Under the pieces are notes generated by a model. That model worked only from the letters and a program-made list of their open reading frames with translations. It did no database searches and was not told the DNA's origin. Below are positions 1 to 10,855 of a DNA stretch of 64,000 bases, in pieces. The number at the start of each line of letters is the position of its first letter. Within the stretch, counting starts at the first letter, position 1. A program made the position numbers and the translations under genes. This DNA is from Synechococcus sp. (GTDB lineage Bacteria > Cyanobacteriota > Cyanobacteriia > Thermostichales > PCC-7336). The DNA is taken from positions 10,208 to 74,207 of the forward strand of contig JBFRWD010000138.1 of assembly GCA_051439425.1 (NCBI GenBank), in the 5' to 3' direction.

Positions 1-50
1 AAGAACATAACAACGGTGTGGCTGCGTCATCCACGCGATGCGGGAACAAT

Positions 51-1115
51 ATGTTAGATGTGAAGAGCGAATCAGCAAACAATATCGCTATGGCAGGCAG
101 TGTCGATCCCGATCTCGTTCCCATATTGATCGCCACGTATCTGCCGGTAGAAATTTGTGTTTATTACCAAGTTGTTCCCATCAGCATTTCAGGCTCTCTA
201 CTGTTCTTGGGAATGGTGGACGCCAATGATGTCACAGCCTTAGATTACGTCGGCAAAATGTTGGCGTTTTCAGAGTTGAAAATTCAGGTTCAAACTCTAA
301 CGTTTGAAGAACATCAAGAGCTCGTTGCCTATTACTTCAACAATCCTCCCAGTCCGGCTCAAATCGCTGCCTACAAGCAGTCACTCTCCAGTAGTGATGA
401 CGCCACGGATTTCACTTCGGACGATCCGGAGGCCACGACCGAAACTTTGGCGGACACCAATGCTGCCCAGGTAGAGGAGGACACGGCTGCCATACAGCCA
501 ACCCTCAATGACCCCCCATCCGACTCCACTGAATCTGTCCAGCAGTTGCTCAACTCAATTCTTCGGAGGGCCTTGGACGAACAAGCCGATCGCATTCTGA
601 TCGATGTCAATGATGACGGCTCCTGCCGCGTACGGTATCGTCAGCAGGGGATCTTGAGAGATTTATTTAAAGATTTATCGGACGCCATTCGCACCCAGTT
701 AATCGTCAATCTCAAACAAATGCTGGGGATGGAAAAAGGCAATGGAGAATTACAATCTGCAGCAGTTGAAAAAGCCTATCGCGGCCACCCGCTAGTCCTG
801 CAGCTCAAGATCGTCGTTCATCAAGAGAAAGAGCGGGCAATCCTCAACATCCTGCAGGGGGATGCACTCGGCAAGTATCAACTCGAACAAAACAAACGGC
901 GAGTGACGGAAACCCTTGCAGCGATCGAACTGGCTCAACAAGAGTTGGACAACTTGTACGAAACCTTCAACGAAACCGTAGAGAAAGTACAGCGTTACTC
1001 GGGAACCATCCAGCCCGAGTGGAGCGAAGTTGCACCCACGCTGGAAGCCCTGATGCAGCGGGCACGCCAAATTCGTCAACTTCAAAAAGCGTGGGTGGAT
1101 ATGCAAAAGTCATAA
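51..1115 (+). CDS. GspE/PilB N-terminal-domain protein lacking the ATPase domain
   Basis: T2SSE_N-like segment (LPVEICVYYQVVPI...GMVDANDVTALDYV), acidic linker, N2-like segment (VQQLLNSILRRALDEQADRILID...RVRYRQQGIL), C-terminal coiled coil, no Walker A. Start uncertain (GTG 18 or ATG 51). Confidence 0.7.
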   Translation: MLDVKSESANNIAMAGSVDPDLVPILIATYLPVEICVYYQVVPISISGSLLFLGMVDANDVTALDYVGKMLAFSELKIQVQTLTFEEHQELVAYYFNNPPSPAQIAAYKQSLSSSDDATDFTSDDPEATTETLADTNAAQVEEDTAAIQPTLNDPPSDSTESVQQLLNSILRRALDEQADRILIDVNDDGSCRVRYRQQGILRDLFKDLSDAIRTQLIVNLKQMLGMEKGNGELQSAAVEKAYRGHPLVLQLKIVVHQEKERAILNILQGDALGKYQLEQNKRRVTETLAAIELAQQELDNLYETFNETVEKVQRYSGTIQPEWSEVAPTLEALMQRARQIRQLQKAWVDMQKS

Positions 1116-1238
1116 CGCTTGGGCTGAAATCGACTCAGCATCCGTTTCGGTTTTTGTAACTGAATCTCGTCAACCTGAAATTCCCCTCATACTGACCTCA
1201 CTGTTTGTGGCGTGTTGTCTGCCACGTGAGGGCTCATC

Positions 1239-2120
1239 GTGTTGAAAGATGCCAGGTTTTATCAGATTGGATTTCTGAGTATTTTTCTTGGATTTGGAGT
1301 ACTGGGCCGAGATTGGTCGTTGCAACCGCAGGGGATGCTAGCTGCGATCACGGCCTGTCTCCTCACCCAAGTCTTACTCGTCTTGCTGTTGCCGCCGCCT
1401 CCCCATAGCCCAATCCCTCGCTGGCAATATGCACTCACATCATTGCCCAGTGCGGCCATCACGTCTCTATCCCTCTGCTTGCTATTACGGGCCAACCATC
1501 CCCTCACCATGGCATTGGCTGGAAGCGCAGCGATCGCCAGTAAATTTTGGCTCAAATCCCCTCTGAGCAAGCATTTTTTCAATCCCGCTAATTTCGGCAT
1601 CATGACCGCTCTGATGTTCACGCGCGATGCCTGGGTATCCCCCGGTCAGTGGGGAACCGAATGGTGGGCCGTGCTCCTGTTTGCTTGTTTTGGGGGAACA
1701 ATTGCCGGTCGAGTCGGACGATGGGACACGTCAGCTCCGTTTTTAGGCACGTTCGCCCTCCTAGAAATGGGTCGCAATGCCTGGCTGGGATGGAGCTGGG
1801 ATGTGGTGTTGCATCACCTCACTAGCGGATCTCTGCTTTTGTTCGCATTTTTCATGCTCACCGATCCGCGATCGATCCCCAATGCAAGGCTAGCCCGAAT
1901 GATTTGGGCCATCGCAATCGCGCTATTCACCTTTGGCTTGCGCTACGCCTTTTTTGTACCGGCTCCCATGTTTTGGGCGCTCTTTATTCTGTCTCCTGCC
2001 ACGCTGTGGCTCGATCGCCTGTGGCTGGAACAGCGATTTCAATGGTGCACCACAAATGCGCAAGCCTCCGCAAAGAAGAGTATTAACTCGTGGTTAACCC
2101 TGCCGCAAGCTCAACCGTGA
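1239..2120 (+). CDS. RnfD/NqrB-like integral membrane protein
   Basis: Multi-TM protein with family-like motifs AIASKF...KHFFNPANFG and FFMLTDPRS. Confidence 0.75.
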   Translation: MLKDARFYQIGFLSIFLGFGVLGRDWSLQPQGMLAAITACLLTQVLLVLLLPPPPHSPIPRWQYALTSLPSAAITSLSLCLLLRANHPLTMALAGSAAIASKFWLKSPLSKHFFNPANFGIMTALMFTRDAWVSPGQWGTEWWAVLLFACFGGTIAGRVGRWDTSAPFLGTFALLEMGRNAWLGWSWDVVLHHLTSGSLLLFAFFMLTDPRSIPNARLARMIWAIAIALFTFGLRYAFFVPAPMFWALFILSPATLWLDRLWLEQRFQWCTTNAQASAKKSINSWLTLPQAQP

Positions 2121-2180
2121 GCCCTGCAACTAGTCTTTCCAACCACCCTTTTCGAACAGGTCTACGCAATAGGTAATCTG

Positions 2181-3494
2181 ATGAATGCACTGAAACGGCT
2201 CGTAACAGCCACCCTTGCAGTGGCGATCGTCCTTGGTTTTGGCAGTGCTGCTAACGCCTTCTGCGGCTTTTATGTCGGCAAAGCGGATGCAGATTTATTT
2301 AATGAAGCTTCGCAGGTGATTTTGGCACGAGATGCCGATCGCACGGTTATCACGATGGCCAACGACTATCAAGGGGATTTGGATGAGTTCGCGATGGTAA
2401 TCCCCGTTCCCACAGTGCTTGAGGAGGGTCAAATCAATGTGGGAGATTCCTCCATCATCGACCGCCTAGATGCATTTACAGCTCCTCGGCTTGTGGAGTA
2501 CTTCGATCCCGACCCTTGTGAAGCAAGGTGGGACTATCGCGATCGAGCAGTATTAGAATCAGCCGAAGTCCCCTTACCTCAAGCGGCAAGGTCCTCGGCC
2601 GACAATGCACTGGGTGTCACAGTGGAAGCAGAATATTCCATCGGGGAATATGACATTCAGATTTTGAGTGCGACCGAATCGAATGGATTGGAAACCTGGC
2701 TCACCCAGAACGGGTATCGCATTCCTGAAAATGCCTCTCCACTACTGCAGCCCTATATCCGCCAGGGCATGAAATTCTTCGTGGCCAAGGTCAATCTAGA
2801 AGCATTCGATCGAACCGGCGCCGAATTCCTGCGTCCCCTCCAAATTGCCTACGAATCCTCCAAATTCATGTTGCCGATTCGCTTGGGTATGACTAATGCC
2901 AACGGCGATCAAGATTTGATTGTTTATGCCCTCTCCCCACGCGGGCAGGTAGAGCTCACAAACTATCGCACCGTCCAAATTCCCTCCAACGAGACGATCC
3001 CCGTATTTGTAGAATCGGAATTCGATCAGTTTTACACCAGTCTCTTTGAAACAGCACACGCCAAAGACGAAGCCGTCGTCTTTCAAGAATATGCTTGGGA
3101 TATTCGCAGTTGCGACCCCTGTTCAACCACTCCCCCATCTGCAGAAGAGTTACTTAAAGCAGGCGTATTCTGGGTATCTCCAAACGAATCTCCCGATGCC
3201 TTCGTCACCCGCTTGCATATTCGCTACAACCGCAGCACCTTCCCTGAGGATTTGATATTTCAAGAAACCAGCAACCGTCAAAACTTCCAAGGTCGCTACA
3301 TCCTCCAACATCCCTTTGAAGGGTCAGCCAATTGTCCTGCAGGACGAGACTATACAGCTGGCTTGCCCGGGCGATTTGAAGCTGAGGCTCAAACTCTCGC
3401 TCGTCTAACTGGCTGGGATATTGCTGACATCCGCGCCAAGCTACCGGACATCATTCCAATGGAACCTGCCAACTGGTGGGAGCAGCTGTGGTAA
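2181..3494 (+). CDS. DUF2330-family secreted protein
   Basis: Signal peptide ending ANA-FCGFYV; motifs FAMVIPVP, MLPIRLG, EYAWD..SCDPC. Confidence 0.75.
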   Translation: MNALKRLVTATLAVAIVLGFGSAANAFCGFYVGKADADLFNEASQVILARDADRTVITMANDYQGDLDEFAMVIPVPTVLEEGQINVGDSSIIDRLDAFTAPRLVEYFDPDPCEARWDYRDRAVLESAEVPLPQAARSSADNALGVTVEAEYSIGEYDIQILSATESNGLETWLTQNGYRIPENASPLLQPYIRQGMKFFVAKVNLEAFDRTGAEFLRPLQIAYESSKFMLPIRLGMTNANGDQDLIVYALSPRGQVELTNYRTVQIPSNETIPVFVESEFDQFYTSLFETAHAKDEAVVFQEYAWDIRSCDPCSTTPPSAEELLKAGVFWVSPNESPDAFVTRLHIRYNRSTFPEDLIFQETSNRQNFQGRYILQHPFEGSANCPAGRDYTAGLPGRFEAEAQTLARLTGWDIADIRAKLPDIIPMEPANWWEQLW

Positions 3495-3651
3495 GCATCG
3501 CTTGAATCATGTAAGCAGAAAGAGACTTGGAGTAGTTTCCATAGCCTCTGACCTTCTCTCGACCGTGCCTACCAGGACGTACGGAGTTATCGATTTAGCC
3601 GACCGATCGCATCTCCCTCGCCAACCTGACAAACCAGCCATTGCTCGCGTG

Positions 3652-4428
3652 CTATCTCGATCCGTTCAAACAAGCATTGATAAAGAAGATGGTCTGTCGC
3701 TTGACCCATCCCTTAGATTCAGCCACCTCCGCAAATGACACCCCCGCAATGTGGCTGGCCTGATGCAACTCGGCAACTTGCTCAGCCGTCAGCAAACCTG
3801 CCAGTTGTAGGTAGTAGTCGATCGATCGCTTTTGCGGCTGGCTAGATAGTTGAGAAAGAATAGTCTCAAAAAAACGAACGGTTTCTGCAGCAATCCACTG
3901 TTTCTTCAGAAGAATTTCGATAGCAGTGCTGCCATCTCGACGGGTGAGTTGTTCCATCCGAGCAATTTCAAGCTGGTGATGCGAAACAAGTTCGCACGCT
4001 CGCAGCTTCTTCTCCAACGGCAGAGCCAGGAGAGTGCGAGCCTCCTCTCTCACAGCTTGTCGAATACGGCGAATCTCTGTGTTGGGCTCGGGGTCAACGA
4101 CAGGGTCAACAAGGCGACGGCTCTTGACTGCCTTCGATCGCGAGGGTGACTGAGACACCTGTTTAGATCTGGCGACCTGGCGAGCCATTTTTTGTTGCAT
4201 CAACCGTTGACGCTTGCGCTGTTCGTAGGCAGCATGCCATGTGGCAATTGTCTCTGCTGCTCTTTCTTCAGTAAACCCATCCACTCTCATCAAAGCCGCT
4301 TTAGCTTCGTACTGGCGTAACTTGCGAGGCATACTCACACGCTCGGTATAGAACCGATGAATACTCCGCACTTCTGCTTGGATGCGAGCCTGTTGGAGTT
4401 CGGATGATTGCCGATAAAAAAGACGCAT
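3652..4428 (-). CDS. Hypothetical protein with two degenerate MshEN-like helical repeats
   Basis: 258-aa ORF; repeats LEKKLRACELVSHHQLEIARMEQ...KQWIAAETVRFF and IDYYLQLAGLLTAEQV...KGWVKRQTIFFI; GGAGG-rich RBS region upstream. Confidence 0.55.
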   Translation of the reverse strand: MRLFYRQSSELQQARIQAEVRSIHRFYTERVSMPRKLRQYEAKAALMRVDGFTEERAAETIATWHAAYEQRKRQRLMQQKMARQVARSKQVSQSPSRSKAVKSRRLVDPVVDPEPNTEIRRIRQAVREEARTLLALPLEKKLRACELVSHHQLEIARMEQLTRRDGSTAIEILLKKQWIAAETVRFFETILSQLSSQPQKRSIDYYLQLAGLLTAEQVAELHQASHIAGVSFAEVAESKGWVKRQTIFFINACLNGSR

Positions 4429-4883
4429 AATTTACACCAGGAGGAGGAATGAGACGTACGTAGATGTGCGATCGAGACAGAGTAAGCCAATCCTGCAATA
4501 TCAGCGCAACCAGCCAACTTCACCCATCCTGATTGCAATGGCTGTCTCTAACGCTTAAAACCACCAAGAAGTATAAATTCAATCTAGACATATATGAAGT
4601 TTTTGTGAAGCAGAGGATTTCAGGATATGTGTATTACTCTCGAGTAATTTCAGTGTTTTCTCGGTTTTGTAGGGATATTGAGAGGATTTTAGCTTGCGTG
4701 GATTGTCCCCAACCTAAGCTAGAGGGAGGCCATCACGTCTAGCGGTGCCATTGCTTTATAAAGATGCGGCTAACCTCAGCTCCCAACCAGGCATGCTGAA
4801 GTCAGCTCACAAGCGACTTTCATCCTCTCTTCCTGGGTATTGAAAACACTGTAAACGACCCCCCAGTAAGCCCTGAAAAACCC

Positions 4884-4916
4884 AAAAAAGAAAGCACCGA
4901 TGAAACGGCGCTCTTC
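4884..4916 (-). terminator. Intrinsic terminator of serA
   Basis: Minus strand GAAGAGCGCCG-TTTCAT-CGGTGCTTTC followed by a T run, just after the serA stop. Confidence 0.75.
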
Positions 4917-4941
4917 AAGACACAATCGCTAATCGCTGAGC

Positions 4942-6534
4942 TTAGGTCGAAATGGTGTAGGCATCGCGAATGCCAGCTTCCTTGCGAATTTCTTCAATCA
5001 GTCCTTCAGGCAGCGGGTCGTCCAGGCTGAGAATCATTACCGCATCACCACGAACAATCTTGCGACCTAGGTGCATGCTGGCGATATTGACGTTGTAAGA
5101 CCCCAGCAAAGAGCCAATCTTGCCAATCATGCCAGGCATGTCTCGGTGTAACGTCATTAGCATGTTATTGGCGGGTGGGACATTAATCGGATACTCGTCA
5201 ATACTGGTAATACGCATTTCGGACTGATCCAAGAGAGCGCCCATAATGGAACGCTTGCCATTGCTGCCGTGAGCAGTGAGCTGCAAGGATGCCGTGTAGT
5301 CGCGAGTTGCCGCATCCCGAGTTTCTACCACGCGGATACCGCGCTCTTTTGCCTCAATCGACGCATTGACGTAGTTGACGCGTTCTCGCAAAGCGAGGGA
5401 AAGCAGTCCTTTAAGGGCGCCGACGATAATCGGCTGCGAGTCCTTCTCGGCTAATTCGCCTTGCAAGCGAATATCGAGCTGGGTGATGCGATCGCCTGCC
5501 AGTTGGGCCACCATGCTTCCCAAACGCTCGGCCATCGCCAGGTAGGGCTGCAACTCTTGCAAGGCCTCCGGCATTAGACCGGGGATGTTGACAGCAGAGC
5601 GAGCCGGTAATCCCAGCAATACATCACGAATTTGCTCGGCAACGTCAATTGCCACATTCGCCTGCGCTTCTTCAGTGGAAGCCCCAAGGTGTGGAGTCAG
5701 CACAATTTCTTGACCCAACCCCCATAGCGGAGACTCGGGCATGGGCTCACTATCAAACACATCCAACGCCGCTCCAGCAATCTCACCCGCGTTGAGGGCT
5801 TCATAGAGTGCAGCTTCATCGATTAAGCCTCCCCGAGCACAGTTAACGATGCGCGCCGTCGGCTTCATCTTTTTGAAGGTCTCAGCATTAAATAGGTTAA
5901 CTGTATCGGGGGTTTTGGGAATGTGCAGCGAAATAAAATCCGCTTCCCGAATCAGTGTGTCAAAATCCACCAGTCGGGCCCCTAATTTCTGTGCCCGTTC
6001 ATCGGAGAGATACGGATCGAACGCCAAGATTTTCATTCCCATTGCCCGAGCCACTTGGGCCACATGAGAGCCAATCTTGCCAAGACCAACAACCCCTAAG
6101 TTTTTCTTGTAAACCTCAACACCAATAAACTTCTTGCGCTCCCATTTCCCTGCTTGAACGGAAGCATTGGCCTGGGGGGTGTGGCGAGACAGACTGAGCA
6201 TCAGGGCGACAGCATGTTCGGCAGCGGCAATGGTATTGCCTTCAGGGGAATTCACCACCACAATGCCTGCTCGGGTTGCGGCAGGAATATCGACGTTATC
6301 GACACCAACTCCGGCACGACCAACTATCTTGAGGCTTTGCCCTGCTTCAATGACCTCTTTAGTCACTTGAGTGCCCGAGCGAATCATGATGGCATCGTAT
6401 TCGGGTATCACAGCCACCAACTCTTCGGGAGAAAGCTTGAGTTTGACATCGACCTGAGCGACTTGCGACAGGATATCAATGCCTGCGGGATCGATGGAGT
6501 CGGTGACAATTACTTTTGGCATGCTGCTACTCAA
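4942..6534 (-). CDS. serA: D-3-phosphoglycerate dehydrogenase
   Basis: RAGVGVDNVD, GLGKIG, NCARGG and TPHLGAS motifs; C-terminal ASB/ACT domains. Confidence 0.97.
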   Translation of the reverse strand: MSSSMPKVIVTDSIDPAGIDILSQVAQVDVKLKLSPEELVAVIPEYDAIMIRSGTQVTKEVIEAGQSLKIVGRAGVGVDNVDIPAATRAGIVVVNSPEGNTIAAAEHAVALMLSLSRHTPQANASVQAGKWERKKFIGVEVYKKNLGVVGLGKIGSHVAQVARAMGMKILAFDPYLSDERAQKLGARLVDFDTLIREADFISLHIPKTPDTVNLFNAETFKKMKPTARIVNCARGGLIDEAALYEALNAGEIAGAALDVFDSEPMPESPLWGLGQEIVLTPHLGASTEEAQANVAIDVAEQIRDVLLGLPARSAVNIPGLMPEALQELQPYLAMAERLGSMVAQLAGDRITQLDIRLQGELAEKDSQPIIVGALKGLLSLALRERVNYVNASIEAKERGIRVVETRDAATRDYTASLQLTAHGSNGKRSIMGALLDQSEMRITSIDEYPINVPPANNMLMTLHRDMPGMIGKIGSLLGSYNVNIASMHLGRKIVRGDAVMILSLDDPLPEGLIEEIRKEAGIRDAYTIST

Positions 6535-6870
6535 CTAGTGAAACGCGTGAACCAGGGGTCACCAGAGGGCATGGGCGTACGGAGCCGCAAGCTCGAAAAC
6601 CTGCCATACAGTTCAATAGCAAGGCGATCGCGCGACAAGACACCACGTCACGCCAACCGGCACCATAATTTATCACGCAAGCTGCACGCTACTGCGCAGA
6701 ATTTAGTCTTTACTTTGCTCCCCGTCACTGTGCAGTGTGACAGGTGACAAAGTCGGGGAAAAGTTTGCCAGTGATGCTTACAACCAGTCACAACCAGCCC
6801 GATCTTTGTGTCCACCAATACTCCTTCAAGTCACGCGGCAGTCTGCCAAGCAACAAAAATGCGCTAACCG

Positions 6871-7848
6871 TTACTGAGGGGAAACGATCAAGTCAACACG
6901 GCGATTGCGCTGCCGTCCCTCTTCCGTCTCGTTGTCTGCCACCGGAGCGGCCTCACCATACCCTGTTGATGTCCATCGGTACCCTTGACCGTTGTCCGGT
7001 AACACCTCCCTCAAAAATTCCTGCACAGCTGTAGCGCGCTCCACCGATAGGACTAAGTTGTAGTCCGTGCTACCCACATCATCGGTGTGGCCGGCGACTT
7101 GAATGTGGGAATAAGGCATAGACTCTAAAATTCCTGCCACTTGCTCCAACAAAGTGGCAGCTTCAGGCCGAATTTCCGAACGACTAAAGTCAAACAGTAC
7201 GTCCCCTGGCAAGCTGATAGTCTGAGTCCCCAGACTGAGTTGCGGCGGGGGAGGCCCGTCAAAGAAGGAACTGGCAGGTGAACTGGAGTCCAGGGAAGGT
7301 GTGGACTCATTGGCCGTAACCGAACTTGAGTCGGCTGAATGTGAGTCAGGTGATTCTGAATTTGTAGGATTCAAGTCCGGTGAGTTGGGAGCCAGAGCAT
7401 TCCCACCCTCTAATCGAGCTTCAAGGTCCTCCAATCGGTTGAGCAGTTGCAATAACTCGCGGCGAATCGCTCGAATTTCTGCTTCGGGGTCAGCATTCGA
7501 GCGATCGCCCAAGGGTCGGGGAGTAACCGGAGAAAATTGCGGTTGTGGGGATGTTTGGGAAACAGGGGTCTGAGAGCTGGAGGCCTGCTCTTCATGTGGT
7601 GTCACCTCCTCTCCACTCTCTGGGGGAGATAGTACGCGATCGCCAGAGCCAGACTCGGAACGACCATCTTCATCAGTAGGAGCAGATTGCCTGGAAGTCT
7701 GAGCAACTCCATCCATTGCTTGGATTGCAGTCTCAGAATGTTTAACCTCTGGCAACGAGGTTGCCGGTGAGGAAGTCCACGCCACACCTGCCCCAATACC
7801 GGCGGCCAATCCCACTGTTATCACTGCAGCTTTTGTCCAGTGGCTCAC
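6871..7848 (-). CDS. OmpA-family peptidoglycan-binding protein with N-terminal membrane anchor
   Basis: VLFDF...GHTDDVGSTDYNLVLSVERA...NRRVDL; N-terminal TM helix, S/P-rich linkers and a short coiled coil. Confidence 0.85.
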   Translation of the reverse strand: MSHWTKAAVITVGLAAGIGAGVAWTSSPATSLPEVKHSETAIQAMDGVAQTSRQSAPTDEDGRSESGSGDRVLSPPESGEEVTPHEEQASSSQTPVSQTSPQPQFSPVTPRPLGDRSNADPEAEIRAIRRELLQLLNRLEDLEARLEGGNALAPNSPDLNPTNSESPDSHSADSSSVTANESTPSLDSSSPASSFFDGPPPPQLSLGTQTISLPGDVLFDFSRSEIRPEAATLLEQVAGILESMPYSHIQVAGHTDDVGSTDYNLVLSVERATAVQEFLREVLPDNGQGYRWTSTGYGEAAPVADNETEEGRQRNRRVDLIVSPQ

Positions 7849-7923
7849 AATCTTATTCCCTCACTAGCCTGCCGGTTGGCTCGCACCTATATTAGCCAGC
7901 AGCTCATGCAAAACAAGAGCAGA

Positions 7924-8724
7924 TTATGCGGTGAACAGTTCGGTTGTGCGCACTGCCGTTAACTCGCTGACTGCCTGCAAGACAATGTCGGCCCCGCGAT
8001 CACCCATCATGGCAGCATGTTCCGCCTGCCGCTCAGGTTCCTCCCACAAGTGAGGGGGGACAACCCCAACAGCTTTCCACTGGCGTCCTGGACATTGCCC
8101 TCTAGCATTCTGGAGCGCTTGCATATCGCTGGAGGTATCTCCGCAATAGACCACCCCCTGAATTGCTCTCCCGACTGCTTGTTCCAATTGGTCGACCACC
8201 GACAACAAGCCTGTTGGGTCTGGTTTCTCTGGCCCATCTTCCATGGCGTGCAATATCGGGGCGGTCAATTGCAGTCTTCGGGTCAAGATGTAATGGGCCG
8301 AACCTCGGGTGGCACCGCTGAAGAACCCCCAAAGAACTCCCCCTTGGGTCAGTCGCTCGAAATAATCAGGGTCCACTAGAAGCGGTTCATCATTGATGTA
8401 GCCGTTCCAATCATTCGGGTTATCCCCCTTTCCGCGATAGCGACTTTGGAAAAAAGCCACCATCTCATCGAAATCGAGCGTTAGGGATGAGCGATCGCCC
8501 TTCTTCCGCTCCCATGCGCGAGCAATCAGCTCCCGCGACCCTTCCCAATCGTTATTCCACAGGCCTTCCCGCTTGAGTTCGTCTATCTCGAAATTGGACG
8601 GTCGCCAAGCCTCGTTCAATAAGCGGCCCGTGTAAGTCTCGACAGTGTCCGCCAAAGCGCGTCGATACGAATTACCGACATCGCGAATCACACCATCAAT
8701 GTCGAATACTACTGCGTAGGTCAT
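7924..8724 (-). CDS. HAD-superfamily hydrolase (TIGR01548-like)
   Basis: FDIDGVIRDV motif I, KPDP, GDT. Confidence 0.85.
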   Translation of the reverse strand: MTYAVVFDIDGVIRDVGNSYRRALADTVETYTGRLLNEAWRPSNFEIDELKREGLWNNDWEGSRELIARAWERKKGDRSSLTLDFDEMVAFFQSRYRGKGDNPNDWNGYINDEPLLVDPDYFERLTQGGVLWGFFSGATRGSAHYILTRRLQLTAPILHAMEDGPEKPDPTGLLSVVDQLEQAVGRAIQGVVYCGDTSSDMQALQNARGQCPGRQWKAVGVVPPHLWEEPERQAEHAAMMGDRGADIVLQAVSELTAVRTTELFTA

Positions 8725-8777
8725 GGGCTATTGAGATTAGGGAGACAGGCTGTTCCCCAGAGTACGGGATGATAGCC

Positions 8778-8805
8778 AAAAAAAGCTCTCCCGAATTGGG
8801 AGAGC
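8778..8805 (-). terminator. Intrinsic terminator of tkt
   Basis: GCTCTCCC/GGGAGAGC perfect 8-bp stem followed by T7 on the minus strand. Confidence 0.8.
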
Positions 8806-8860
8806 GCTGTCATTACGGAGCTAAGCGCTCGCAACAATCGTGCGAGCAACAGGCTAGAAC

Positions 8861-10855
8861 TTACACCAACAGACCGCGAGCGGTGTCGCAAATGTTCTCA
8901 ACCGTGAACCCAAACTTCTCCATGCAAACGCCGCCGGGAGCAGACGCACCGAAACGATCCATACCGATGACAGCACCTTCAGTACCGGCATACTTGTACC
9001 AACCACCGGTAACACCGGCCTCAATAGTCACGCGTTTGGTGACGGAGGGAGGCAGGATAGAGTCGCGGTATTCCTTAGGCTGAGCATCAAACACATCGCA
9101 AGAGGGCATAGAGACAACGCGCACTGCTTTGCCTTCGCTTGCCAAAACGCCAGCAGCCTCGACAGCCAGAGCCACTTCAGAACCCGTTGCAATCAGAATC
9201 ACCTCAGGATTGTCAGCATCAACGACGGTATAACCACCCTTCATGGTGCCTTCAACCGAGGTACCTTCCAGATTCTTTAGGCCCTGACGGGAGAAGGCAA
9301 ATAGCGAAGGAGTCTTGGTTTGTTTAATTGCAGACTTGTAAGCCCCCACCGTCTCTTTCACGTCAGCCGGACGGAAGCAATGCAGGTTGGGGATGAGGCG
9401 CAGAGATGCGATCGTCTCCACCGGCTGGTGGGTAGGGCCGTCTTCGCCCAGTGCAACAGAATCGTGGGTCATGACGTACAGCACCCGGGCTTCAGAGAGA
9501 GCTGACAGACGAATGGCTGCTCGCATGTAATCAGTGAAGATCAAGAAAGTGGCGCAGTAGGGCAACAAACCACCATGCAGAACCATGCCGTTTACAACGG
9601 CACCCATACCGTGCTCGCGAACGCCGAAGTGGAAGTTACGGCCTTCGTAGGAGCCCTTATCAAAATAGGGCTCGTTCTTGATTTCAGTCATGTTGGAGTG
9701 GTTCAAGTCAGCCGAACCGCCAACTAATTCGGGCAATGCTGGAGACAGTGCGTTCAGGGCAGAACCAGACAGCTTACGAGTGGAATTTTCTTGGTCGAGG
9801 ATGGTTTCCAACGCTGCTTCCCAACCGTCGGGCAGTTCGCCAGACATCATGCGCTCGTACTCGGCAGCTTCAGAAGGGTATGCGGCCTTATAAGCGGCAA
9901 AGCTCTCGTTCCAGCTTGACTCCAGCTTACCCCCCTTATCCACAGCAGCACGGAAGTGGCTGAGAACATCGTCGGGAACGTGGAACGCAGGCTCGGCGGG
10001 GTAACCTAACCCTTGCTTAGTCAGAGCAATTTCATCTGGGCCCAAAGGAGCACCGTGAACACCACAAGTACCGGACTTGTTGGGGGAACCGTAACCAATG
10101 GTAGTGGTAATGACAATAAAGGAGGGCTTATCAGTGACCGACTTCGCTTCGGCGATCGCTTTCTCAATTGCATCTAGATCGGTATCGCCATCGTTAACGT
10201 AAGTGACGTGCCAGCCGTAAGCTTCATAGCGCTTGCCAACGTCTTCGGTGAAGGCGATATCGGTGCTGCCTTCAATAGAAATGCTGTTGCTGTCGTACAG
10301 AACGATCAGCTTGCCCAAGCCCATGTGACCGGCCATGGAAGCCGCTTCACCAGACACCCCTTCCATATTGCAGCCATCGCCCGCAATCACATAGGTGTAG
10401 TGGTCGACGATGGTGTGACCGGGCTTATTAAAGCGCGCCGCCAGGTGAGCTTCCGCAATCGCCAGACCGACACCATTACCAATCCCCTGCCCCAAAGGAC
10501 CGGTGGTCACTTCCACGCCAGGGGTTTCAAAGTTCTCGGGGTGACCGGGGGTCTTGCTACCCCACTGACGGAAATTCTTGAGGTCGTCTAGAGAGACATC
10601 GTAACCAGTCAGGTACAACAGGGCGTATTGCAGCATGCAACCGTGGCCGGCAGACAGGACGAAGCGATCGCGGTTGCTCCAGTCAGGGTTCTTGGGGTTG
10701 AACTTCATAAAGTTCTTCCACAGAACGTATGCCATGGGAGCAGCCCCCATCGGCAAGCCGGGGTGACCGGAATTGGCTTTCTGCACGGCATCTACCGCTA
10801 AAAACCGAATGGAGTTAACGGCAAGTTCCTGCAAGGATTGTGTAGCTACTGTCAT
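8861..10855 (-). CDS. tkt: Transketolase
   Basis: [22 protein letters not shown] motif, [14 protein letters not shown]. Confidence 0.98.
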   Translation of the reverse strand: MTVATQSLQELAVNSIRFLAVDAVQKANSGHPGLPMGAAPMAYVLWKNFMKFNPKNPDWSNRDRFVLSAGHGCMLQYALLYLTGYDVSLDDLKNFRQWGSKTPGHPENFETPGVEVTTGPLGQGIGNGVGLAIAEAHLAARFNKPGHTIVDHYTYVIAGDGCNMEGVSGEAASMAGHMGLGKLIVLYDSNSISIEGSTDIAFTEDVGKRYEAYGWHVTYVNDGDTDLDAIEKAIAEAKSVTDKPSFIVITTTIGYGSPNKSGTCGVHGAPLGPDEIALTKQGLGYPAEPAFHVPDDVLSHFRAAVDKGGKLESSWNESFAAYKAAYPSEAAEYERMMSGELPDGWEAALETILDQENSTRKLSGSALNALSPALPELVGGSADLNHSNMTEIKNEPYFDKGSYEGRNFHFGVREHGMGAVVNGMVLHGGLLPYCATFLIFTDYMRAAIRLSALSEARVLYVMTHDSVALGEDGPTHQPVETIASLRLIPNLHCFRPADVKETVGAYKSAIKQTKTPSLFAFSRQGLKNLEGTSVEGTMKGGYTVVDADNPEVILIATGSEVALAVEAAGVLASEGKAVRVVSMPSCDVFDAQPKEYRDSILPPSVTKRVTIEAGVTGGWYKYAGTEGAVIGMDRFGASAPGGVCMEKFGFTVENICDTARGLLV

